Assembly: GCF_004010195.1 (NCBI RefSeq)
Contig: NC_057723.1
Span: forward strand, 7,723,095-7,761,650
DNA: 38,556 nucleotides
Direction of reading: 5' to 3'
Source of the DNA: Chiloscyllium plagiosum
Lineage: Eukaryota
A model generated the notes under the pieces. The model worked only from the letters and a program-made list of their open reading frames with translations, did not search any database and had not been told where the DNA came from. The translations under genes were made by a program, and so were the position numbers. Each line of letters opens with the position of its first letter. The first letter of the stretch is position 1. Of this stretch, positions 1 to 9,462 are shown piece after piece.

Positions 1-225
1 GAGGGAGTAGATGACAAGGGAGACAGATTGAGACCAATCAAGCAGGCTGCTTTGATTTAAATGGTGTTGATCTTCTTGAATATTTTAGAAGCTACCCTCA
101 TCCTAGGGTATTCCATCAACTCCTGAACAGTGTTGAGATAGTGGATGTACTTTGGAGAGCCTGGAGGAGATAGGTGACTCGCTGCAGGATTCCCAGCCTC
201 TGACCTGCTCTTGCAGCCACAATTT
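1..225 (-). mobile_element. Degenerate LINE 3' fragment (same family as 35516-37770)
   Basis: Reverse complement resembles 37240-37420 (e.g. agagcaggtcagaggctgggaatcctgcagcgagt vs agagcaggtcagaggttaggaaccccgcagtgaat). Confidence 0.6.
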
Positions 226-233
226 GAATATTG

Positions 234-365
234 CAGAGTTAATGTTTTGGGTCCAATGGCCTTTCTTCAGAACAAGGGTTCCATTCTGAGGAAGGGTTAC
301 TGGACCTTAAACGTTGACTCTGATGTCTCTCCACAGCCTTTGTAGCAATTTCTGTTTTTGTTTCA
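234..365. mobile_element. Penelope-like short repeat, family C, inverted pair with degenerate hammerhead cores
   Basis: Imperfect inverted arms 234-272 and 284-322; + arm CTGAGGA-A-GGGT-tactgg-ACCT-TAAA-CGTT has a mutated GAAA; related copies at ~4846-5015 and ~5411-5495. Confidence 0.6.
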
Positions 366-776
366 TTGGATGTAAAATGCTTTAGGATATCCTGAGATGG
401 TGAAAGGCACTAAAGCAATGCAATCTCTTTCTCTTCATTCCTTTGATCTTTATAACTGGAGAGTCAGCCACCAAGCGACTAGAAGAACAGGCTTATAATT
501 TCCTGAAATATGAGCCAGGGCTCTGTTAAACCAGAAACTCAGAGACTGGAGCAGGTATGTCAATGTTCATTGTGTATTGTAAAACTGAAAGCAGTCCCTC
601 TTTAAACCTGTCACTGGCTCTGTACAACTTGAAAGGCTAGCCTTTCTCCTGAAATCATCACCTCTTCCTCAAAATATACTCAGTCATGGGATGTTGTCAA
701 CACTGTCTGGGCCAGCATTTACTGCCCGTCTGTAATTACTCTGGAGAAGGTGGTGGTGAGGTGCCTTCTTGAACCA

Positions 777-1131
777 AATTAAAAATCACACAACACCAGG
801 TTATAGTCCAACAGGTTTATTTGGAAGCACTAGCTTTCGGAGCGCTGCTCCTTCATTAGGTAGCTGTGGGACAGGATCATAAGACACAGAATTTATAGCA
901 AAAGATCACAGTGTCATGCAACTGAAATGATATATTGAACAAACCTAGATTGCTGTTAAGTCTTTCATCTTTTAGAATGAGTATGTGTCTTATGATCCTG
1001 TCCCACAGCTGCCTGATGAAGGAGCAGTGCTCCGAAAGCTAGTGCTTCCAAATAAACCTGTTGGACTATAACCTGGTGTTGTGTGATTTTTAACTTTGTC
1101 CACCCCAGTCCAACACCTGCTCCTCCAATTT
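777..1131. mobile_element. Penelope-like palindromic repeat, family A, with hammerhead motif
   Basis: 110-bp inverted arms 779-888 and 984-1093 (3 mismatches); flanking direct repeat ttgaacca (769-776, 1132-1139). Confidence 0.8.
1010..1044 (+). ncRNA. Minimal type-I hammerhead ribozyme-like motif
   Basis: tgc CTGATGA A GGAGC agt GCTCC GAAA GCTA gtg: intact CUGANGA and GAAA boxes, 5-bp helix II, palindromic AGCU in place of helix III, CUA cleavage triplet, 3-bp helix I with two G-U pairs. Confidence 0.65.
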
Positions 1132-1689
1132 TTGAACCATGGCTATCCATGGAGTGTCAGAACACCACAATGCCCTCAGGGAGGGAATTCCAGGACAGAC
1201 CCAGTGACACTGAAGGAACAGCGATGTATTTTCAAGTCATGATGCTGTAAGGTCGAGGGAGATCTTGCAGGGGGTGGTGTTCCCATGTATCTGCATGACA
1301 GTGGCATAGCAGTAATGGGAAACCACCTCAGCGAATGATTGGGGAATATGCACAGGCTAAATAGCTCCCCTCAGTTTAGAAGTGAATAATGAGGAGGGAA
1401 TGATTTTAATGTATTGGGCAGAAGGTTTTGAGGAATTTCATTTTCACCCAGATGGTAATCTGGGAGGGCATTTAACCTCACAGTGTTTACAAAGTACTTG
1501 AAATGTCATAATATTCAAGGCAATGGGTTTAGTGCTGGAAAGTGGAATTAGATGAGATAAGTTAGCATAGACTCAGTGGGATGAAGGGCCTCTTCTATGT
1601 CGTATTTATGGCTCAATGGATTCATTGTGGCAACTTGAATCCGATAAAATCTGAAATTAAATGGTGATGATTTGTTGAAAAGACCTATC

Positions 1690-1800
1690 TGTCTCATTCA
1701 TGTCCTTTAGGGGAGGAAACCTGTCCACCTTACTCTAAATGTGACTCCAAACCCAGAGCAATGTGGTTCTCTCTTAACTTCTCTCTGAAATACCTGAGTA
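1690..1800 (+). repeat. Old SINE-like dispersed repeat fragment (further copies at ~2820-3030, 10270-10440, 19150-19340, 26350-26600)
   Basis: Shared core atgtcctt(t/c)agggaagga...ccttacctggt.tggcctacatgtgactccagacccacagcaatgtggtt recurs in the window; family name not assigned. Confidence 0.6.
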
Positions 1801-2082
1801 AACACTAAACTGCCACAATCCCTTTTTAATGATCTGATGTAAGCGATTGACTTCAGATGTGAACCAATTTAGGAGGGTTAATACCAGACCTCAATGGGGG
1901 TGGGGGGAGCTGAATTCACCCAAAAGTACTTGCTGAAAATCAGCTTCAACTACTGTGTGCTCTAGAAAATTTACTCTCTTCATGCATGTTGGGACTTTAC
2001 ACTGAATGCAGGATTGGGAATATTATTTAATTTTTCTACTGCCATGGGAATCCAAATACCAAATCCATGTAAATCCAAGCAA

Positions 2083-2413
2083 TCATAGAATGATAGATCT
2101 CTACTGTGTGGAAGCAGATCATTCAGCCCATCAGGTCCACATTGCACCTATGAAGAGCATCCCACCCAACACATCCTCATAATCCTGTATTTCCCATGGC
2201 TAATCCACCTAGCACATCCCTGGACACTATGGGAAATTTAGCCCGGCCAATCCGCCTAACCTACACATCTTCGGACTGTAGGAGGAAACCAGAGCACCTG
2301 GAGAAAACCCACGCAGACACAGGGAGAATGTACAAACTCCACACAGACAATCACCCAAGGCTGGAAGGTACTGTGAGGCAACAGTGCTAATCACTGACCC
2401 ACCATGGCATCCC
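2083..2413 (-). mobile_element. HE1-like V-SINE
   Basis: Reverse complement of the V-SINE core (gtggagtttg.acattctccc.gtgtctgcgtggg) with tRNA-like head and CR1-like tail. Confidence 0.8.
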
Positions 2414-2545
2414 AGATACTGCTAGTACATGCTAATAAAGACCATTAATAAGAAAAGAACAGGAGTAGACTATTCAGCCCTTAAGCCTGCTCTATTAGTT
2501 AATAGGATCGCAGCTGGTCCAATACTCCTTGCCTCTTCCTGTAAA

Positions 2546-2638
2546 GATTTGGAGGTGCTGGTATTGGACTGGGGTGGACAAAGTTAAAAATTACACAACA
2601 CCAGGTTATAGTCCAACAGATTTATTTGGAAGCACTAG
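2546..2638 (-). mobile_element. Truncated family A Penelope-like repeat with TSD
   Basis: Matches the reverse complement of 1039-1128; flanked by the 11-bp direct repeat cttcctgtaaa (2535-2545, 2639-2649). Confidence 0.8.
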
Positions 2639-3210
2639 CTTCCTGTAAATACACGAAAGGAGTCAGTGAGACTGAAAAAGGAGTCCCTGAAAACCAAGAA
2701 AAAGTAGCCCAAAAATAAAAAATAGCCCTTAGGAACATCTCAAGAGAAGCTCAATTTAAAAACAAAATGCTGTTTAATCTGAGCTTGAGTTTACACAGAG
2801 AGAGATAGTGACAATGTCACTGGGTTTATAATCTAGAATGTGTTCAAACCTCAGTAATGACATTTATTGTCAATAAACAAAATTTGGAATCAAAGGGTTG
2901 TCTAATATGGAAACTGCGATTGTTTGAAAACCAAACTGGTTCCAACCAATGCTTTCAGGAGAAAGTAATCTGCTCTCTTTACTGATCTGGCCACACGTTG
3001 CTCTCGACCCTCAGTTGCTGCCTCCTACTTGCATTCTGAAATAACCAAGGGATAGATGGGCTTCAAACTGGTTCCACAGGTCGATGCAACATCGAGGGCC
3101 GAAGGGCCTGTACTGCGCTGTAATGTTCTATGTTCTATAAGCTACTCTGTTAAAGGATGGGCATCAAATGTTGGCTTTGTCTGAGATGCGTGCAGCCTAT
3201 GAAATATCAA

Positions 3211-3494
3211 GTCTCCTGCTCTTCTGATGCTGCCTGACCTGCTGTGCTTTTCCCAGCTCTATACTTGATCAACTCTGACTCTGCAGCATCTGCAGTCCTC
3301 TCTATCTTTAAAAAAGAAACACATCTGTAACATTATCAGGTCTTCCCAAAATGTCGACAAAGTCATTCCTGACGAAAGGCTTATGCCCGAAACGTCGATT
3401 CTCCTGTTCCTCAAATGCTGCTGACCTGCTGTGCTTTTCCAGCAACACACTTTTCGACTCTGATCTTTAGCACCTGCAGTCCTCACTTTCTCCT
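3211..3494 (+). mobile_element. Two tandem family B Penelope-like repeats, the second with a hammerhead motif
   Basis: Repeated gatgctgc.tgacctgctgtgcttttcc...gactctg...gca.ctgcagtcctc; 3367-3398 reads tc CTGACGA A AGGC ttat GCCC GAAA CGTC ga. Confidence 0.75.
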
Positions 3495-3595
3495 AGTTGT
3501 TTTGCCTGGCTCCTGTTGTAGTGTATGAAACACAGCTTCCAATTTTGTGCATAGCAAGATCCCAGGAACATGATTGACTAGATGTTTTTAAAAAA

Positions 3596-3875
3596 TGGTG
3601 TCTGTAGAAGGTTTCTTTGGAGCAGGGGAGACAGAGGGGGACCTGATTGAGGTCTATAAGACTATGATGGGGCATGGACAGGGTGATTAAAAGCAGCTGC
3701 TCCCCTCAGTTGAAGGCTCAATAGTTGAAGGGTCAATAGTTTAAGGAGAAAGGCAGGAGAGGATTTTGGGAAATGTGTTTCACCCGGAGGTAGTGACAAT
3801 CTGGAACACACTGCCTGGGAGGGTAGTTGAGGCGAGAAACCTCACAATCATTAAAAAATATTTGGGTGTGCATAG
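3596..3875 (+). mobile_element. Degenerate CR1 LINE ORF2 C-terminal fragment
   Basis: RGDLIEVYKTMMGHGQG-like translation around 3634-3685, with frameshifts. Confidence 0.75.
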
Positions 3876-3878
3876 GGT

Positions 3879-4420
3879 CATAGAGTCATAGAGTTGTACA
3901 GCATGGAAACACACCCTTTGGTCCAACCTGTCCATGCCGACCAGGCATGGATGTTGCCAGGGTTGGAGGATTTGAGCTACAGGGAGAGGCTGAACAGGCT
4001 GGGGCTGTTTTCCCTGGAGCGTTGGAGGCTGAGGGGTGACCTCATAGAGGTTTACAAAATTATGAGGGGCATGGATAGGGTAAATAGGCAATGTCTTTTC
4101 CCTGGGGTCAGGGAGTACAGAACGAGAGGGCATAGGTTTAGGGTGAGAGGGGAAAGATATAAAAGGGAGGTAAGGGGTAACTTTTTCACGCAGAGGGTGG
4201 TACGTGTATGGAATGAGCTGCCAGAGGAAGTGTGGAGGCTGATACAATTGCAACATTTAAGAGGTATTTGAATGGGTATATGAATAGGAAGGGTTTGGAG
4301 GGATATGGGCCGGGTGCTGGCAGGTGGGACTAGATTGGGTTTGGATATCTGGTCGGCATGGACGGGTAGGACCGAAGGGTCTGTTTCCATACTGTACATC
4401 TCTGACTCTATGACTCTATA
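3879..4420 (+). mobile_element. CR1 (HER1-like) LINE 3' end, 5'-truncated, preceded by an inverted copy of its own tail
   Basis: ORF 3894-4271 contains MLPGLEDLSYRERLNRLGLFSLERWRLRGDLIEVYKIMRGMDRV...TRGHRF...NFFTQRVVRVWNELP, typical of the CR1 ORF2 C-terminus; (gactctat)n tail. Confidence 0.92.
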
Positions 4421-4464
4421 ACAGCTTATATTTAAGTTCGACTGGTGTTCGGTGGAATACGGTA

Positions 4465-4560
4465 GGGACTTTCCAAGCTGGTTGGTGTTAACTTCCTCCT
4501 GAGCATTGGCTGAGTGATTAAAAAAAAAATCCCCTGATCAACCTGCCCATATAGTTCTCT
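4465..4560 (+). promoter_or_regulatory. CD74 proximal promoter: NF-kB site, Ets/PU.1-like site, inverted CCAAT (Y-like) box, weak TATA-like element
   Basis: GGGACTTTCC (canonical kB) at 4465-4474; AACTTCCTC (reverse GAGGAAGTT) at 4490-4498; ATTGG at 4505-4509; CATATAG near 4548; all within ~160 nt upstream of the ATG. Confidence 0.75.
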
Positions 4561-4625
4561 GTGAGCAGTGGGGTGAAGTCTCTAGTGGTGCAGGTAGCTA
4601 GCTCAGCCCTGAGGAGACTCTCACC

Positions 4626-4726
4626 ATGTCAACCGACGAGCAGCAGAACTCTTTGCTGAATAATTCTCAACAAGATATCGCCAGCCACTCCAATGTGGAA
4701 GCTAGTGCTACTGTTACCGGCCGGAG
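4626..4726 (+). CDS. CD74: CD74/invariant chain coding exon 1 (cytoplasmic tail)
   Basis: Kozak-like CACCATG; translates MSTDEQQNSLLNNSQQDIASHSNVEASATVTGR, an acidic-dileucine-like start resembling human MDDQRDLI; donor AG|GTGAGA at 4727, phase 2, matching exon 2. Confidence 0.88.
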
Positions 4727-6721
4727 GTGAGATTAAATCATAGGCAACCCTTCTGTTTTATGTATAATATGAAAGAAAATCCTTTGTGGACTTGTTTGCT
4801 AGTGAGAGATTTATAAAGACTTTCTTTGCCGGAGTAGCCCAGTGGCTGTGTAGAGAGAAACAGAGTATCTAAATCTAGTATAACTCAGATCCAGGTACTA
4901 AGTTCTGAATAAGAATTAAATCGGGCAGGAAATGTTAACTTTTTTCTCTCTCTCTCATGGGTATCTCCAGGATTTTCTGTGTTCGTTTCAGATTTCCATC
5001 ATCTGGAGTGTTTTAACCATTATTTGCTGGAGTCAGAGGCGTGAACAGTGCGCAGTCTGTAAAACCTTTGAGCATGTTGTAGGGTTAGTCTTATGTCAGA
5101 AATTGACGCTTTAATAAATAAAAAATAAAATCAGGCTTTTCCAGCATTTGATGGTAGTCCCTAATTGTTACTTGAGAAGATGGTGGTGTGCTGCCTTTTT
5201 GAAACACTGCAGTCCTAGGGGTGCAGGTAAACTGTGGGGGAATTCCAGGATTTTGACTCAGTGACAATGTGGAATTGTGATCTGGTTCCAAATCCGGATG
5301 GCGTGTTCCATTGCAGAAGATCAAGACATTTTTTTTTAAAAAAAAACATCCCCCTGTCTTCTCTGGTAAATGTAGCTGATCGTGAAGGAGCAGGGGAGTT
5401 GCCCCCAGTGACAAATCAGAAATTGCTGGAAAATCTCAGCAGGTCTGGCAGCGTCTGCAGAGAGAAAACAGAGTAACTGTTCATGTCAAATGCATGGGAG
5501 TCGTAACAGTATCTCCATCGGAATTTCTAAAGTTCTAGCTGGGATCTTCATTCAGACTTTTGCTCACTTTCCTCATGTAGCTGTGTAATTTTGTTTTGTA
5601 TTTTAAAACCAATTGTCCTGGTCAAATTATTATCACTCAACCAACATTGTGCATACAATTTCTTTTTAAAAGTGAGCTGGTCGTTTTATGACATTACTGT
5701 TTGTGGAATCTTGCTCTTTTCAACAGTGGCTGCCTTTTCTACCTTACTAACTTCTAAAAGGATCTCTCAAAAATCATTGTACATGTGTAAACCCTTCTCC
5801 TCTGTAACCTGTAATTCTTGTATCTTTTATATACTCCCAGAATCTGTCACTGATTTTGTAATAAGTGTCAGTTTTCTTTGGGTGGGTTCAGTTGCTACAC
5901 AATAACAGCTTGACTCTTGGTGTGAAATGAATCATTCTGTCTGATTAATGTCAGTACGTGGGACCTACTGGGGTAACAGCAGAATCCAATTAGTTCTAGC
6001 TGGGATCTGAGTTTAGATTTTTTGCTCTCTTGCGCGACTGTACAATGTTGTCACTTTAAACTTCAGAGTCCTTTGTGATTCAGTCTCTAGATCTCTGCCT
6101 TTCATAGAACATCAAACCAGCCACTGAGAAAAGAGAGGGTTTTTAAAAAAAAAAAAATTGGTGCGGCTCTGAGTTAGCCAGTCATTACCAATCCCTGGTA
6201 TTGGCGCTCTCAATGTTATTGGCTGTCAACTTTACTCTCCACTACATTCAGACCCACAAACAGTCCCTCCGCCAGGAGTCGCTGCTGAACAGTGAATTGG
6301 TTCAGTTCTGATCCATTTGGCCAGGCTCTTGTTAATAGTTTCAGGGTTCCCAATCCTGTCTTTATCTCCACAAATATACTCTTGGGAAGGGTTTTTTTTT
6401 TCATTTGTGACCATGGTTGAGAGGCGTTGCAAGTGAATTCAGTTCTGAAAATGAGCAGAAGGAACAAATGGATCTCTTCCAGAGGTGACAAACCGTTTTT
6501 AAACATCCCAGCAATGAAATATTGGCTCCATGTCTGGGGAGTACTACACTCTTTGTAATGAAGCTCCATTCTGAACTGTAGAAGGCAGTCTGACCAGGCT
6601 GTCCTGTTCATCAGATTTTATTTTGGCTTTTCTTTCTGGGGAGGAAATGATTTGATTTTGGTTTGGACATTTGTTTGTTTATCTTCAACTGGGACTCCAG
6701 ACCAGTGTGTGCCGTTTCCAT

Positions 6722-6935
6722 CGCACCCACCATGCACACACTAACTCCAACACATGTAGGCTCACTCACCATACACACACTAATGTTCTCTCAGACACCC
6801 AGATACAGATCATCACACACTAATACCCTCAGACACCCAGGGACATGCACTCACACAGGTAAATATGCACTCACCCATGTACACACATGCACAAACAGTC
6901 ATGCACACAAATACAGAACACCCCCACACAAAGGA
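6722..6935. repeat. Degenerate (CA)-rich low-complexity tract
   Basis: Runs of cacacac, acatgcac and ctcagacacccag. Confidence 0.7.
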
Positions 6936-8974
6936 CACTTATTGTGGGCATTGGCCAGGAGCAGGATCTTTTAGCTGAATTTGAATTTTTCTCAATCTAA
7001 GATGTCACAGAGCTCTTTTTTTTATATATTGTATCTTTTAATCTTCTGGGTGTTAAACGCTTTCAGTCATGTCTTGAGCTGCTATGCATTTGAAACAGGT
7101 ACAAATGATAATGTCTGCATTCAACCAGTTTAAATGTTTGAACAAGTGTTTTCTTTGAAGGATTCACGGTCCAACAGTGTCTGGATGGATCTTAGTACAT
7201 ACATTCACCATTGTTTAGGAAGGGATTTACATTGCCGAGTTAAGTTAATAAAGCATTAGATGTGGTTTGGAGGAGTTATATTGTGGGGTCACAAATCTTG
7301 TAATTGACTTTGGAGGATAAATATTGATCTTTGATCACCAGTGCAAGGGGTCTACTTTTAGATTAGATTTGGTTTGAATTGTGCACAGGTTAGGATGTGG
7401 TTAGCAACTCACTTCTTTACTAAAACTCTTTATTTTCTCCCTTCTGCTTTGGCTAATGTTTAAACTAAAATCAGGGATTCAGTTATTAACAAGAATGCAG
7501 GTGGTTAAAATCAGAAGAATTAATAGGAGCACACTCCTAATTACCAGCTTTGCTCCAACTGTCAAACAAAATGGCTGCTCTTCTATTGCCAGAGCGTTCT
7601 TTTGAGATATCTCAGCTCAGTTAGAGCTGGAAAGTAATTCCATGAATCTTGTGGAGCAGTCTCATATAAGGTACGATCCACAGGTTACTTTTCGTTTTGA
7701 CTAATCAATTGAATCATTTTGTTTGGGAACTGTTTCAGGGGAATAGTGCCAAGGTGGTGTTTCCATGGCCACCAAAATGGCTGCTGTTCAGCCAGTAGAT
7801 GAACAAAGAAATGATTAAAACTGAGAAGTTTATGAAACGTTTGGTAAATAATTTACCTACAGAAGGTGGGGGGGGGGGGGAGAAAAGGGAGGGAAAAATA
7901 AACACAGTAATGTCTTGAAATGAACGTAGGGGACCTTTTATCTTCGTGTGTACCAGAGGAGTTAGATCAGGATGTTCAATTTAATTGTTTTAACTGGTTT
8001 TCCTTTTTGGCCATCCAGTAAGATTAATAATCAAAAATGTCTAATTTTTAATCTTGAAAAGGGTGAAATCAATACATCATTTCCCCAAGGGGAAGAACAA
8101 GTAACACTTACTAGGAAATGAGTGTACAGGTCACTCTTGAGCTCCATTTTTGAGGTACACAAAATTATTTGGGCCATTTTATGCCATTCGCAAGTGTCAC
8201 TGATATTTTCCCCCTACTCGCCCTATATTTTGAATTCACTTCTGACTGTGCAATCCCTTTGTTCATCCTCCTTTTATAAATGTACAGCAATCAGACTAAC
8301 AGGGCGGGAGAGAGTCTGGGGGAGCGAGTCTGGGGCGCAGCACTGAATTGGATGTCTCTTTCAAAGAGCCAACACAACCGATGGGCTGAATAGACTCCAT
8401 TGCTGCTGTAAGATGTTGTAGAGATTCGCGAAACAGTTCAAGTATTTTAAAATAATCTTGTAAATTAACTGTACTGGAGTAAATCCTCAGTTTCTGCCTT
8501 GGGTGAACAGTAGATCTAATTATACCAGATCATAAAACCTGCTTTGTTTCCACTTTAGTTTACTGCCATGCCATACTCTTATAAAGGAGGAGTGATCCAT
8601 TGGCAGATTACTGTTTATTGCCTAGTGAGTGCTGGTGGTTAATTCAACACTTGTGACTGGAGATCCCACTATGGTTCCTTTGTTGTCCAGGATTGTTCAC
8701 TGTAATGAAATTATTTTCTTGCCATTGTCTGGTTTTACATTCTCTCACTCTCGACAAAATATACAGTTTTTGAGTTCAGTGCGGGAGCAGAAGTCCGCTA
8801 GTCAGCCCAATCCTGAGACTTTTGGTCAAAGTATCTTGGTGTGGGTCAATAAATACTAAGCAGGAAACCGGGGTGAATATTCCAAGTGTGACCAACTGGG
8901 TGAAAACAGGCCAGAAAAGAATCCTTAATGCTGAACTTGAAGCACTTGAGCTATTGTTGGCTATGAAAGCCAGT

Positions 8975-9026
8975 GGAATTTTCCAGAATTCCTGACTGTT
9001 TCACTTTGAGGCAGGAGGGGTTTTCC
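8975..9026. promoter_or_regulatory. Candidate intron 1 enhancer: kB - IRF-E - kB
   Basis: GGAATTTTCC 8975-8984, GTTTCACTTT (reverse AAAGTGAAAC) 8998-9007, GGGGTTTTCC 9017-9026, in sequence not recognisable as a repeat. Confidence 0.5.
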
Positions 9027-9199
9027 GTGTCAGTTTGCGAAAACATTCTTCTTATCATAAATCTGCATCATTAGTGTAATCAGTTCATCCAGAAACTCTC
9101 TCAACATGTTCCAGTTGCAGAAACATCTCAAATGATCAGTTCTGCTGTTCCAATCTCTCCACGGCTTTGCCTCCTTTAGCACCACAACTCACCTAGGCT

Positions 9200-9462
9200 T
9201 CTAGAATCCCTACACTCTGCAAGTAGGCCATTCAGCCCTTCCGGTCCACACCCAGACCCACCGCCCAATAACCTATCCTTAGGACCATGCATTTCCCACA
9301 GCCAATCCACCTAATGTGCACATCTTTGGACCGTGGGAGGAAATCCATGTAAAGAATGTGCAAACTCCACACAGACAATCGCCCAAGGCTGGAATTGAAC
9401 CTGGGTCCGTGGCGCTGCGAGGCAGCAGTGCTAACCACTCCTATCACCTTAACCACTGTCCC
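9200..9462 (-). mobile_element. HE1-like V-SINE (internally deleted)
   Basis: tgtgcaaactccacacagaca...ggaattgaacctgggtcc.tggcgctg.gaggcagcagtgctaaccact, the reverse complement of the SINE head and core. Confidence 0.8.

Noticed and set aside
779-1093. Cut-and-paste MITE or pre-miRNA interpretation of the long palindromes
   Set aside because: Arms are asymmetric relative to the element ends, TSD lengths vary, and single-arm copies with TSDs exist, which fits Penelope-like retroposition better.
3780-4399. Minus-strand ORFs of 158 and 115 aa
   Set aside because: Antisense shadows of the CR1 ORF2 fragment.
4599-4625. N-terminally extended (human p35-like) isoform from an upstream start
   Set aside because: In-frame TAG at 4599-4601 and no ATG between it and 4626.
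5237-5247. GGGGAATTCC kB-like site
   Set aside because: It lies in an old repeat fragment; the same gggaattccagga context occurs at ~1182 and a similar one at ~24737, so it is repeat-derived.
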